This document shows, piece after piece, positions 1 through 14,321 of a stretch of 64,000 nt of DNA. The first letter of the stretch is position 1; each line of letters starts with the position of its first letter. The DNA is from Amoebidium appalachense (lineage: Eukaryota; Protista; Ichthyosporea): positions 9,856,293 through 9,920,292 of the forward strand of contig CAVNZM010000008.1 in the NCBI GenBank assembly GCA_963693365.1, read 5' to 3'. The notes beneath the pieces were generated by a model that was given only the letters and a program-made list of their open reading frames with translations, made no database searches and had not been told where the DNA came from. A program made the translations under genes and the position numbers.

Positions 1-8
1 GGCTGAAC

Positions 9-708
9 CTGGTTTTGTGGTGCATTGAAGACCACGGCAACCTGAACGACTTTGTTGATGGCCAGACCGATGCACACAGCAACATAAGGGAACCTGCACA
101 CAACAAAACACAACTGTTTTAGAGGCAGACGTGAGTGGATAGGCGGTGGTGTTGTTTGGGAGACGGGAAGACTGTCAAATGAGGAACGAACAAGGGTGAG
201 CTTTATTTGATTTGTAGCAAAACAAGCTGCAGGACCAAATTGGAAGCAATTGTAAATCTGAAACATCTCACCTTCACTCTTCAGCCCCCCCCCAGCCCCC
301 CCCCCCCCCCCCCCCCCCCCCCCTTCTGCCTCTCTCACCCCCCTCCACCCTTCCCCTACCCAGCCGTTACTACCATCTATTGATGCATCAGCAGGTGTGT
401 TACAAAAGCGGAAAAGAAGAAGCTGAAACTCCACCCGGAGGAGCATCTCAAATCCCACTTGGAGACAACAGGAACCATGCTGTCACTATATGAGTGAATG
501 GTGCCTACGGGGTGATGAAAAATTCAATGTGGTGGTGATGGTGTGGAGGTGTTGTGTGTGTGTGGGGGGGGGGGAGGGGGAGGGGGGGGGAGGATTGTGT
601 GTGTGTGTGTGTGGATGGGTGGGGAGGGGGGGATGTGTGTGTGTGTGTGTGTGTCAGTGTGTGTGTGTGCATGCGTGCATGCGTGAACGCGTGTGTCTAT
701 GTGTGTAT

Positions 709-739
<31 letters not shown>

Positions 740-1800
740 GGGGGTTGATTGATTTAGGACCCCACCTATGGATGAAGTTTGTGGTGCCGTCAAGGGGGTC
801 TATGATCCACGTGGGGTTGTCGGTCCGTTCGTTCTTGGCACCGGCCGCTGTAGACTCCTCACCGATAAAGCTGGAAGAAAAAACACGGGGGGTCAAACAT
901 GAAACTAGTTTACTATCACAGCTCTTGTATCAGCCTTTTGCGCAATTTTCTCTTTCCCTTGTCTCGGTTTTCTTTTCAACCTTGGTGACTGGCCTATGAA
1001 AAAGCACACAGGATAAAACCGACAAGATCCTTATGTACTCCATCTTACGTTTTATACGCTTCATGTTTTACGAACATAGCATTATAGTGTGACCATCAAG
1101 GGAAAGGTGATCAGTAGGTTCAAAGTTGGACCGTTGAGCAATTACTTTAGAGCTAGTGATCACATCCCCATGAAGATTTCAAACCTAATTATTAGTGTCA
1201 AAGTCATCGCTCAAAAGCATCCAGCATCCAATCCCCACCCCTATATTCCCTTGTATATTCCTCGTACAATAGCCAAAATAGCAACAACCCTAGCCACTTG
1301 GAAACGAATCAAACTCAACTGACCAAATATTTGCCTGAGAAAGTTTTTGTCAAATCCTCTACACCTGCAAAGAACAACCGGACAATGTCAAGGAGAGAAG
1401 AAAACGACACAAGCTGATTCAAGCAGCAAGCGGGCTGTTTGGCAACAAACCTGTGAGTGGGAAAAGCCTTTTCGAGCATTCCAATGATGAGCGTCTCACA
1501 CTGCTGGTCTGTTTCCGTCACCAGGTCTACCGTGTTCATCTTCTCAGAAATGTGCTTTTCCTGGTCGAAAGCATCCACAATTACCTGCACAAATACGCTG
1601 TGTTAGATGCTCTTGACTAACGTGTAACATTAGCCTTGTTTTAGTATTTATCGACCTTCCTCAAGTTTAATACACAGTGTGGTCGTCACTGGACCAGGAG
1701 GATGAAAGGATGAAAGGGGGTGAAAGGGTGGGTCTTGCACCTTTCCCGCAGCTTGAGCGGCCGCTACGGCAGCGTTCAGAAACAGCTCCAACTCTGACAT
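9..1800 (-). CDS. IMPA: Inositol monophosphatase (IMPase), 5' four exons; gene continues past the left edge
   Basis: GT-AG exons 1800-1741 ([20 protein letters not shown]), 1584-1451 (VIVDAF...[11 protein letters not shown]...FPTH), 870-766 (FIGEES...[14 protein letters not shown]) and 93-9 ([14 protein letters not shown]...) join in frame. DLVTETD, GEE and [12 protein letters not shown] are IMPase signature motifs. Confidence 0.93.
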
Positions 1801-2722
1801 TCTCTCAGGGTTATGCAAACCGCTAGTGAGTCTTCTTATGTGTTGGCTATAATCGTTTAGCCGGACTGATCATAGCGAGGCGCAGGGAGAAAAACGGCCG
1901 AAGTAAGTGAAAATACTTTTTGCCAAACGTCTGCCGGCCTGTGCAGGCCAGTGGCGGCCGGTGGATCTCATTCGGAAATTTATGCAAATAGAATCCCGCT
2001 AAACTCAAAATATAACCAAATGTGGCAACAAGCGAGCTTTTTTTGGTATAGAGTTAAATATATTCTCCCTAGCCTGAGAGAGGCCGTTGTTGCCTTCAAG
2101 TTCTTTATTGAAGTCAAAAAAAGTGGAAGGCTGACCCAACCACACCCTCTTCCTCCCCTTACCTTTACGGTACTCCGACTACTCCGAGGCTCTCAGGGGA
2201 TATGCCCGTGATATCTGTTATCCCGGATGTATCCCCCCCCCCCCCCCCCCCCCCCCCAACCACCACCACCACCACCCCTCCCCCAAACCCCCTTCGGCTC
2301 AGCACACAAACACACACACAGACATATACACCTGGCCCGATTCGAACATCTTACACCAATGTCCATCTTTTTTATCAATAGTGATACTTCTTCTTCTCTT
2401 CTGCACCTACGGCACGTCAAAACACACGCTTGACGGCACGCTTTGTGCAACTCAGGCATGTTCCTCCTTACGTGTAGACTCTACTGACGTTGTCATGCCT
2501 GCAGGCCATCAGTAATGATTATTACATTGAAAAAGGCTGTATTACATACCAGAACACAAGCAGACGATTCCACACATATACATGGGCCGACAGTCGTACT
2601 CAGAACAGAGGCCGAGTGCATCTTGTTAACTTAATTATGCTACCAAACTTGAACTAAACCAACCGTTAATTTATCAACAAAGAGCAAGCAGGGTGGGAAA
2701 TTTTTCATCCCTTGCCCTTTTT

Positions 2723-3886
2723 CTACTTTTGGTCATATACCTCAGCATACAAACGTTCAATCTCTTGCACGCTCGCAATTCTCGGGTTATTGCTAGGTGA
2801 CCCCGACTCAATAGCCTGCCTAGACATGAGGGGGATGAGCTTAAAGAACTCCTGTCTATCCACCCCATATTCTCTTAAAGTTGGCACCTTCAAATCTTCA
2901 TTCAGTTTGCGTAAACCAGCCACCAAAGCCCCAACAGCTTCCCCATCACTACAATGTTGCGGAGCAAGTCCCATCACCCGTGCACAGTCAGCATACCGGT
3001 TCGCCGCCTCTGTCGCCGAAAACTCTGTTACTGACGGTAACAACATGGCGTTCGATAGACCGTGTGGGATGTGGAAAAAAGCACCCAAAGGGCGTGCCAT
3101 TCCATGTACCAACCCCACTGATGCATTTGAAAAGGCTATCCCGGCCTGTGTTGCCCCCAACATCACCGCCTCACGTGCCGTTCGGTCAGATGGATGTGTG
3201 CACACGGTGCGAAGATGCGAGTGAAGCAACTGCATGGCTACCTTGGCATGTGTGTCCGAGAACGGGTTGCTTTTCCTGCTTACATATGCCTCTAAGGCAT
3301 GCACGAGACTGTCAATGCCTGTGTCGGCCGTAAGCCTGAGCGGTTTTGTAAGCGTAAATTCATAATCCACAATGGCTGCCTGTGGAAGGAATGCGCTTCC
3401 CACGCACAACATCTTCTCGTTTGTTTCGACATCAGTAATGACGGTTACGCGAGAAACCTCCGAGCCTGTTCCTGCAGTTGTTGGTATCGCGATTAGTGGT
3501 AATGCCTCGGTGTCGCACACTCTTGGCGCCTTATAATCTCTCATACGTCCTCCAAACCTTGCCAGAACACCGGCCGCTTTTGCTGTATCGATCGGACTGC
3601 CTCCTCCGAGTGCAATCAGCCCATCATGGTTGAATTCGTGCAAACGACTTACTACGGCTTGGATTGTGTCTGTTGTTGGATCCTGTATTGTGTCTGTAAA
3701 CGTTGAATGAGGCAACTGAGCTTGGTCCAGAAGACTGCTCACCTTACCCACCACACCGGTTCTGGCCAAATTGGGGCCGCTAACCAGAAGTGGGTTCCTG
3801 AGTCCCAGTTGTTGGACGAGAAGGGGTAGTTGGCTTACAGTGCCACCACCAATCAACAGATGGCGAGGCAGAGAGATGGAAGCCAT
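2723..3886 (-). CDS. Iron-containing (group III) alcohol dehydrogenase, intronless
   Basis: Single ORF from ATG at 3886 (MASISLPRHLLIGGG). Motifs GGGSPIDTAK, PTTAGTGSE, DSLVHALE, HGMARPLGAFFHIPHGLSNA and C-terminal SGSPSNNPR. Confidence 0.92.
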   Translation of the reverse strand: MASISLPRHLLIGGGTVSQLPLLVQQLGLRNPLLVSGPNLARTGVVGKVSSLLDQAQLPHSTFTDTIQDPTTDTIQAVVSRLHEFNHDGLIALGGGSPIDTAKAAGVLARFGGRMRDYKAPRVCDTEALPLIAIPTTAGTGSEVSRVTVITDVETNEKMLCVGSAFLPQAAIVDYEFTLTKPLRLTADTGIDSLVHALEAYVSRKSNPFSDTHAKVAMQLLHSHLRTVCTHPSDRTAREAVMLGATQAGIAFSNASVGLVHGMARPLGAFFHIPHGLSNAMLLPSVTEFSATEAANRYADCARVMGLAPQHCSDGEAVGALVAGLRKLNEDLKVPTLREYGVDRQEFFKLIPLMSRQAIESGSPSNNPRIASVQEIERLYAEVYDQK

Positions 3887-3904
3887 CAGTGTGTGTACCT
3901 CTAT

Positions 3905-4762
3905 CAACTTGTTCAGCACCTTACCAGCCTAGCGTGAGAGTTACCACTGGAGCCTTCCTAGCCTATGGTGGTAGTTAGTGTAGCAAAGGTAAAGCTGACT
4001 TTCACTTAAGCCTGAGCAACAGTTTTGTCAGCCGCATAGACAGCAAGGGCTGTTTATCTAGGAGGCCTTGATAGACAGCCGCATGCAGTCATGTGGCCTG
4101 AGTCATGTCATACCGTAGTCTTCGTTGGTCCCGGTAGAGTCTGTTGAGCCAGAACTACCTCCCTATATGGCAAGAAGCAAGCCTTAGAGGTACAACTTGT
4201 TCAGCACCTTACCAGCCTAGCGTGAGAGTTACCACTGGAGCCTTCCTAGCCTATGGTGGTAGTTAGTGTAGCAAAGGTAAAGCTGACTTTCACTTAAGCC
4301 TGAGCAACAGTTTTGTCAGCCGCATAGACAGCAAGGGCTGTTTATCTAGGAGGCCTTGATAGACAGCCGCATGCAGTCATGTGGCCTGAGTCATGTCATA
4401 CCGTAGTCTTCGTTGGTCCCGGTAGAGTCTGTTGAGCCAGAACTACCTCCCTATATGGCAAGAAGCAAGCCTTAGAGGTACAACTTGTTCAGCACCTTAC
4501 CAGCCTAGCGTGAGAGTTACCACTGGAGCCTTCCTAGCCTATGGTGGTAGTTAGTGTAGCAAAGGTAAAGCTGACTTTCACTTAAGCCTGAGCAACAGTT
4601 TTGTCAGCCGCATAGACAGCAAGGGCTGTTTATCTAGGAGGCCTTGATAGACAGCCGCATGCAGTCATGTGGCCTGAGTCATGTCATACCGTAGTCTTCG
4701 TTGGTCCCGGTAGAGTCTGTTGAGCCAGAACTACCTCCCTATATGGCAAGAAGCAAGCCTTA
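3905..4762. repeat. Three head-to-tail copies of a 288-bp unit directly upstream of the ADH gene
   Basis: The unit caacttgttcagcacc...aagcaagcctta starts at 3905, 4193 and 4481. The copies look identical by eye. Confidence 0.95.
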
Positions 4763-5959
4763 TTAGGTAAACTTTGAATCCCCCTAACCTCTCTGACTCA
4801 GCCTGTGTGCACCTTCAAGGTGGCAGTGCGCCGTGCCTCCGGCGACCAGCTACCGTGCTCTCTCCCATTTAGAATAGGAAAAAACAAGTTCAGAACTTCG
4901 AAAGCTTGCAAGGAAAGAAAATATGTTTGTTATTTACTATCTGTTATCACTGCTCTTTCCCCCACTACTGTATTTACTGAAAGATAAAGCTATTAGATCT
5001 TCGTTCCCGGAGCCAATAGAAACGCTTGGTGCGTCAATTTGACGTCATCGCGGCTCACTGAGCCACGCCGAACTGCCGCCCCAGAATCAGAGTAGGAGGC
5101 CTTGCCAGTTCGAAACGCGTCACAGACCCAGTCAAGTCAAACCTTCTGAAAGGAAAAGAGGCTCTGAGAGAAAGAGAAAGCACTTATCTGTCCTTGGCAA
5201 CAGGATTGGTTTTTCTTTCTTCTTTGTGTTGATAGGATGAGAGAGAATTATTGAATGTGCTTCTCTTTTCCGTATACATCTTGAATAGGTTTTTTTTTCT
5301 CTTTGTATCGACTTCATAAGCTTGGGGAAAATCATAAAAACGGGGGCTCTGCGTGGACGGTGTTCATACTTAGGTGGGTTCCTGTAGCGGCTGGAAGAAA
5401 ACAGCTACTACTTAAGAGCGTTCATTTTGTGAAGAGTTTGTTTTGCGTTGTTCGGCGCCACTTTGGACTTTGCAGACACTAGTTAGCCTGCAGGTACAAG
5501 GACCGCCAAACTCATTGAACTGTAGGTAGGTTGCTCCCGAAGCTCCTCGAACCGTACTTTGCTGTTTCTTGTTTACTTCCGGTAGCTTTTTTGGTGTGTG
5601 TGCTTTCATTTTAGTGATTCATTGGTTCTGGTGCAGTGATGTCGGTGTGAGGTTGTGTTACGGTGTGTGTGTGTGTGGGTGGGGGGGGGGGGGGGGGGGG
5701 GGAGGGGCTCGTCTGTGTATGCTTGTATGCCTGTGTACCTGTGCGCGCACACCCACACATGCAAGTGTGTGTGCATCACCTCAAGACCTTACAGCACATG
5801 TTCTTGTGTGCCGATACATACACATACCAACGGGAAAATGGCCGAAAACCAGCGGCTTGCTCTCACCTTTTGTTGCAGGTTTTTTTTTTGACGATCCTGC
5901 GCGTTTTAGCTTTACAGCTGGTAACACACTTGCGTTTGTGCCAACCAGGCACCACCACA

Positions 5960-7150
5960 ATGGCTGAAGTGGTGGTCGAGAAGCCGCCTACGGAGGCAAA
6001 CATGCCGCTGCCTGCTTGCCCAAGTGTCCCAGCAACTGGTACGCTATTGGTCTTGGGACCTGTGAAGGGTTCTTCATTGCTGGTGTTGCATGCAACAGAT
6101 GCATATGCCTAGGAACTCACGAGTTTGCTTGGTTTTTTTGGGGTGGTTAAGGTGCTTGAACACCTATAGGCCTGTGCTTGTTTGGTTGCACAAACACAGA
6201 GACCACAGAAACATGCGCAAATACATACACGAATACAACATTAACATACTCTATACATAAACAAGTTCACAAACTTGCCCGCGTGCTCAACACACAGATA
6301 CGCTTCCCTGCACACAGAGACACAGGCAGACATGCAGAAATAAAGCAACACATGCAACATGAAATGCGGACACACCATGCGCATGAACACACACACACAC
6401 ACACACACACACATGCACACACACACATGCTTCGCTCGTACCAGTTTATGATCAATGCTCCAGAGTTCTTCCCCCCCCCCCCCCCCCCTCCCCCCGACTG
6501 TTCTCTTCCTTATTCCCTCCTCCTCCACTTTTCTTTTTCAGCGCTCCTGCATGCCCCTATGCCCAGTCCTCCCACTCAGCGTACCCCCTTTACCTGCCCC
6601 TTTACATCTCCCTTATCGTTTTTACCCCCCCCCCCCCCCTCCCTCCTCCCCCCCCCCCCCCCTTCCCCGCACTACTTCTGCGCCTCCCACCCCCTCCTCC
6701 CCACCCCTCCTTCCTGTTGCCTTTCCCTCTGTGTTCCCTCCATCCGCCCGTTTTCCTTGTTTCTGCGTATAGTGCATGTGCCTAACAGTGTGGTTTATTT
6801 ATAGCCAAGGTGGCAGACGCTGCGTCCTCAAGTGCCCCTGCCACTCAAGGGGAGGCTGGTAGCCCTTCCAAGGCAGGCAGCCAGGTGTGTTTCATGCAGG
6901 ATTTTCTTCTTTTTTCCCCTTCAAAGCTCTACATATTTTACATAATCTTTATGTGTGATTTGCATTGTGTTGTGTCCGTATGAATGTGCACTTCGTACTC
7001 TATAATGCGTTCTATCCCCCCCCCCCCCTCCCGCCCCTTTAGGACCAGATTTTGCTTCTTTGGACTCTGTCCAGAAGCTGTGTATGGGTTGGATAGTGGT
7101 CGTGTCGGTTCTAACCGGTGGTTCTTCGTTTGCTATGGAGGATGGGATGC

Positions 7151-7182
<32 letters not shown>

Positions 7183-7184
7183 AC

Positions 7185-7218
<34 letters not shown>

Positions 7219-7624
7219 TTACAACACAAACACACACAAAAGCCGCCACCACCACCACACACACGCGCACACCTCTGAAACACGAATGTATAACCACACG
7301 TACACAGCACATACACACACAGGCGCTCCATGTGTGTGTGTACACACACAGCACATACACACATGACATACACACGCACACACACACACACACAACACAC
7401 ACACACACACACACACACGCGCGCGCTGACAAGATATGCATATAAACTTGCAGAAACAGCCACACACATGCTCGCGCGCGCAGACACGCACACATGCACA
7501 CATGCACACACACGCAACCACGCACGCGCGCACACACACACATACATGTGCGTGCGCATATGCTGGCAAGCAAATAAAAGCAGAAACACATGTGTGCGTT
7601 CACGCGCACACACACACACACACA

Positions 7625-7676
<52 letters not shown>

Positions 7677-8722
7677 CACGCGCGCACACAGATTGGTGCA
7701 GCCTGGCGCTGTGCACACCGACACTTCCTTGACACAAACTCCATCACATACCACTGCAAATCTAACCATACCCCCGCCACAGGGTGAAAAGAGTGATAAA
7801 TCCGGCGGTCGCAGGGGGTCAAAAGATGGGGGGAAAGGAGGAAAAGGTGGCGAGGGAGACGGCCAACGGGTCAGAAAGGATAGTGGGAGGGATGGGCGAG
7901 ATAGGAATGATGGGAGGGAGAACAGGGACCGTGCAAAGGGTGAGTGCGCGTGTGTGATATTGTGTGGGTTGAGTGCCTTTGAACGGGACAGGGCGTGGTT
8001 GCCGTAGGATGGCTGCTTGGCATCGTCTTTTTCTTTTCTTTTCTTTTCTTTTAGCTTTTTTGTTTTTTTTTGGGGGGGGGGGGGGAGGGCAGGGAGGAGG
8101 GGGCGGGGGAGGAGCTTTTGCTGGTGTGCGTGTGCGTGCGTTCGTGCGCAGGCGCGCGTGCAGGTGTAGGTGCACAGGTGCATGCGTGCGTGCGTGCTGT
8201 AAACATGCTTTACGTGCAGACTAGCTGCAGCCCAGTTGTTAATCTGGTTGTTTCTCCACATGGCAGGGCAGCGTGGTGGCCACGGTGGTGGCAAGCATGA
8301 TGGCTCAAAGGGCCATGACAGGTTTGCAATGCCTCCCCCCCCCCCCCCCCCCTCCCCCCTCGTCCTCCCTCCCGTCCCCTCTCTCCCACCCTCCCGCTTT
8401 GTTCAGAGAGGGAAAAAAAGAAAGAGAAAGAAAACGACACACATGGCCGCAGACACATGTATATGCCCACCAACACAGGCATGCGAGTGTGCACACGTAC
8501 ACACAGACACGCGCATGCGCGCACACACAGGCACACGGACATGCGCATGCACACACACACACGCGCGCGCGCGAACACACACACACAGGCACACGGACAG
8601 GCACAGGCACGCAGGCGCGCGTGCACACACACACACACACACAGAGGCACACAGGCTAACACACAAGCACGCGGCAGGCACTCACACAAACACACCCATT
8701 CAAACACCCATATACACGTACG

Positions 8723-8807
<85 letters not shown>

Positions 8808-9634
8808 GCACAATAACATAGAAACATGCACCTGTATTTGTACGCGAACTTGGCTGAGTGCAGTCAAACCCACACACACACACACACACCTCTGCACCCA
8901 CAGTCACACACACATACATATGCATTCACATATCCCAGGCATACGAGCACACTTCTGCAGTCACGCACATACACCCCAACTACATTCGACAAGGGTCTAA
9001 CATGAAACTGCTCCTGTATCATTTTCCCTCCAGTTGCCTGCCGGCAATAATGGTTTTTTACACCATGGCATCGACAGACAGTGTGAATTTTATCTGCCTT
9101 TTTGTAGGTTTTGCAACATTTCAGAAAAGAATATTGATGGTATATTTTCTGGTGCAGGAGCCAACATGGATCGAGGGGTGATGGCAGGAAGGACAGAAGG
9201 GATGGAGAGGGGTGGGGTGGACGGAGGGGTGTGCGCCAAGGTATCCCTCCCCCCTCCCCCCTCTCCTCTCGCTTACACCCACCCACCCATGATACCCCCC
9301 CTCCCCCCCCCCCCCCCCTTGTAATGCCCCCTCCGCCCCTCCCCCTCCCCCTCCCCTCATTGCCTTCCACATCGCTGCAGCTGCTATGCGAATGATAAGG
9401 ACTGAGTTCCGTTTCTGATCGACACAAACACATGCACATGTACCCGCACAAACAGAGATGCATGCTATACAGACACGTGCGTGCGTGCGTGCGTGCGTGC
9501 ACACACACGCGCACGCGCTATCACACACCCCGCACGCAGGCACACGCACATAGACATCGGTGTGACACGGCTACACAAGCACACGTATATCAACACCCTA
9601 TCCCCCTGCCTCCCCCTCTGCCTCCCCCCCCTCA

Positions 9635-9665
<31 letters not shown>

Positions 9666-10576
9666 GCCCCCCAACCACCACCACCACTTCTTCCCCCTCT
9701 TCAAAACATAAGCACACGCAAAGACATTCGCATACCTTATCTTCCTCTGCGAATATCATACTTAGATTTCTTTTAGAATCCAGCGTTGTAAAGGAAATAT
9801 TACAGTGTATTCCTGCATTCTGCAGTGTGGCGTCAATTTGCTGTTGTTTTATTGTGTTCCTTGAGCATACAGAAATCACCATTAAGGAGTGAGTCCTAGA
9901 GATATGCCGACCTAGTCATTAACCCCATGATCAGTGGGTGGGTACAACAGTGGCTTTGCCCCTCCCGGATACTACTACGGGCAGGGTGTACCTCCGTTCA
10001 TGGGGGACCCAACCATCTTTTACCCTCCTCAGCAGGTCGACGACAAGATTCTGACGGAGAAAATAAGGGCGCAGATGTGAGTGTGGGTGGGTGGGTGGGT
10101 GGGTGGGTCTGGTGTGTTTGTGTGTTTGTGGGGAGGGGGTGATGGTGGCAACGAGTATACCAATTGACAGGCAAGTTGGTTAGTTGGCATGTGTGCCTGC
10201 CTGTGTCTATATGTGCATTGCATGGGTATGGGGACGTTCATACACAGTGAGTCATGTTGTGTGTGCGGACATGCTATCACATGTTGCATCCTTGCCTGTC
10301 CGTGTGTTTGTGTGCCTTTGTGTGCACAAAATTTCAATGGCTCACTCATTCAGCGCGTACTTGAGTATGGGCACAGGTGGGTGCGTTTTGGTGAAAGGTG
10401 TGGGGAGGGGGAGGGGGGGCTTGTTTTCCATTTCGTGTCTAGCTTTCCTGCTGTGTGGTTTTGATTAGCAACTAGAGTGGTGGATGTACTGACACTGTTT
10501 GCTGGGTGCAGTGAATACTACTTCAGCGAGGAAAATCTGCTGAAGGACCTCTATCTGCGCCAGCAGGTTTGTAGAG

Positions 10577-10650
<74 letters not shown>

Positions 10651-11068
10651 ATGCCAAGTTTTGTACTTGATGAGTGAATCATCTGGCCACACGAATATAC
10701 ACACATTCACACATACCCACACACACCCACACACACATTAACCCGCCTACCCATACGCGCACTCACCTACCCTCCCACGCACCGGCCCGCACGCCCACCC
10801 ACTCATACGCACAATTATTAATGCACACACCCACTAACACAGGTTTATGCCCACATGCCTGCTTGCCCACCCGCAGGCTCACACACATGCACATAGACGC
10901 GCGCGCACACACATACACAAACACACACACACATGTACATCATTATCTAACCAGCTCGGATGCCCGTGCAGATGACGGACCAGGGGTTCATCCCTGTGGC
11001 CTTCATTGCTGGCTTCAACCGTGTGCGCATGTTGACCAACAACTTGGAGCTGATAGTCCAGGTACACA

Positions 11069-11105
<37 letters not shown>

Positions 11106-11200
11106 CCGCCGCCGCCGGAGGATAGGCCCCGTTTAGTATGCATCACTCGTGCATCGTGTTCTCCCCAATGATGTGTACTTTGTACTCTGTAGCGCATTCT

Positions 11201-11238
<38 letters not shown>

Positions 11239-13267
11239 TTTCTCCCCGTGGAAGACTTGGGCTCTTCGTGAGATTGAGTTCTGCTCATGATGCATACTCC
11301 TTGTGTGCGCTCTGCAATCTGCATAGTGAGCAAACCCCAAACTCGAACAGCCAATCGTAAATCTGAAAGGGAAAAACCCCCTTTTTTGGTCTGATTCGCG
11401 GCTCTCTGACTGGACCAAGACAACAGCAATTCAAAAACTCAACAAAAATGCTATAACTTTTAAACCATTGGTCCAACTGTTCTAAAACTTTCTAAAACAA
11501 CTTAACTGTTGGTCAACTTAAGTTTAGGACTCCGCTTCACAACAAAAGTCACGTGCTTCACAGGTCTACACTAAGGGAGGGCCAAAATACTAAATTTTCT
11601 CCTCGAGAGCGATTCTGATCGTTCGCCGCATGGAACCAATGACGTCAACAAGATTATGCGACAGATGACGAAAAAAACTGCGACAAACTGCATCCTTATG
11701 ATTACCCCTGGAATTACGTATCAAATACAATACGCTTGATTGGCTCTCTTGAGCATCGGCATTCAATTTTAAATGATATATAGCCAATCGCTAGGCGCAT
11801 CGCGATCCTATACCAACCAGCTTTAGCCGAATTTCATAGAAGGGGGATCTGCTTAGCAACGATTCGATGTTCCAATTTGGAGTCTGCTTGCATAGTGTGG
11901 TTGGTTGTGACAATGCACTTCGTGCTCGCCAACACATTCTTTACCTCCCCCCCCCCCCCCCCCCCAAAAAAAAAAAAAAAAAAAAAAAAATAACAATAAC
12001 AACAACAATAATAATAGTATAAATACCAAAAAAAAAAATTAAAAAATGGAAAGGTAAAGGAAACCACCCCCCCCCCCCCCCCCCTCCGCGTCTTTTCCTC
12101 CTCTTACCTTTCGATCCTCTCTCTCCCCCGTATCCACTTACAGATCGGGCCTCAACCAAATCCTCCCTTTACCATTTTCTGAACAATCTGTTAGCATTTA
12201 TTTACTTTGGTCTTTTCTCTATACCCGTGTTCCGTTTTTCACCCCATTCATTCACTCCACTGTCCTGCAGTCGCTGAAGGACAGCAACGAGGTGGAACTG
12301 TCGCCCGACTTCTTCTTTTTGCGCAAAAAGGGGGATTGGGACCGCTGGCTTGCCGTGAAGGTAGGCTACCCTTAGTCGGTAACTTTCCTTTAAATGGAAT
12401 TTGCGCATTTTCTAACAATGGAGATCTCACCATATAAAGGCGAAGTCAATTATTGAATCTGATGTCAATACGACGTTATCGACGTTATTTTATAACGGCA
12501 TATTGATGACACAGCATGAAATGCCTACATAGACCCCAATGGAGCCGTGTGTAGTCTATGATGTAGTCTTAATCACGTTTGTCATTGTTTCAGGTCGAAC
12601 CTCTAGTGTATCCGCTTGTTTGGGAACATTTCTTATGTCCCAATATCTGGCGTCCGTTTTTGATGACCTGTTTTGCTCCTCGCATCTGTTGCAATCGAAT
12701 TTCTTCTTTTAATTACATCTCTTGTAAGTTTGTTGTTAATCTCACCTCTGTTAGGTGGGAAACAACAGAATGCGGCTGCCAAAGAAAGATGTGCGTGTTC
12801 AACCGTTTTGTTGTCGTTCCCCTTTCATTTTCATCTGGCACTTTTTTGACAACACACCACTGCTTTTCCCCCCCGTTCACAGGAGTCACCAGCAACAGAA
12901 GGAAGTGAAGCCAAGAAAGCAGACGGAGAAAACAAGGAAAACATTCAATCAGAGCAAGCGGAAGGGAAACAGGGCGAAAAGAAGGAAGGGGAGGGAGCAC
13001 AACTTAAGGGGAGGGAGGTCGCAAAGGCAACAGAAACGGAAAAGAAGGATGGAGGGGAGAAGGACGGGGGTGATCGGGCAGCGGGACTGAAGTTTGGGGT
13101 GGAGAAGAAGAAGAACGAAGCTGGGGAGTGGACGGAGGTTAGAAAGCGGAAGCGACTGCCGTCACGAAGGTATGTATGCTCTGTCCTCAGCGAACATGCA
13201 TGGGCTACATGCATATGCGGGCGATTGTTAGGTGTTTGTGTCTGTGTGCATTTACATGTCTCCCCCC

Positions 13268-13298
<31 letters not shown>

Positions 13299-14091
13299 AA
13301 AAAAAAAAAGATGATGTCACCGAGCGTATAATTGGCTGTCCGTTGACTTTTGCCCATGTTTGGTGTTGTCCTGTATTTTTCTGGATCCTGAAAGAGCACG
13401 GAGTGCGATGATTGCCTCTGCCTATACTTGGTCTATCTATCTATATATGACTTTGACTTTATCTTTAACCATCGCCATATAAGATGCGTACACAATAAAA
13501 AGAAATATCCTTTTTAGTCGCTAACTGCTGCTTTCTGCATAATCACAGCCTGGACCCGCAAGATGAGCAACTAGCTGCAGAGGAGGGCAAAACGGTCGAA
13601 GAGTTGGATTTCCAGTTCGATGAGGAGTTGAGAAACGACGGCAAAAACAAACAGAACACAAGGATGGCCGGTCTTGATGAGTTTGAGAACGAGGATGAGG
13701 AAGATACGGCATCGGAGGTACGATTTTGCCGATTAGCCGATTTGACGATTTGCGATTGGAAATTTGAGGGGCAAGGGATGGGGGGGGGGGGGGGGGGGTG
13801 GAAGGGAGGGGAGGGAAGGGTTGGGGGGAGGGGGGGGGGGGGGAGGAGGGGGAAGGGAAGGTGCAACCCGACCTTTGTGGCGTGTGTGCATGTTCGGGGG
13901 CTGTGTACAGGCGTAAGATATGTGTGTGTGGCCCTCCATATCGGCACTAAGAGAATTCACAAGCCCTTTCGCGCACACACATAAACCACCAGCACGCTCA
14001 CGCACACGTTACTTCCCTCAATGCAACACACATACGCCACCAGCACGCACACACGCGCGATGTTTCCCAGCGCAACACACAGACCCCACCA

Positions 14092-14149
<58 letters not shown>

Positions 14150-14281
14150 ACACCCACACATTACACACACACAGCATATCCCAGCGTCATACACACACAC
14201 ACACGCCCACCACACGCACAGCATCTCCCAACGTCATACACACACACACACGCCCACCACACACACAGCTTTTCCCAACGC

Positions 14282-14321
<40 letters not shown>

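Noticed and set aside
3887-3919. Longer ADH ORF starting at GTG 3919
   Set aside because: Non-ATG start lying in the duplicated upstream block. ATG at 3886 fits the family N-terminus.
3905-4762. 288-bp repeats as LTRs or an ncRNA array
   Set aside because: They are head-to-tail with no internal domain or TG...CA ends, and no rRNA/snRNA motif was recognised.
9241-9934. GTATCCCT donor as a possible U12 GT-AG intron in LARP1
   Set aside because: No TCCTTRAC branch box near the acceptor, and the phase of this donor is uncertain.
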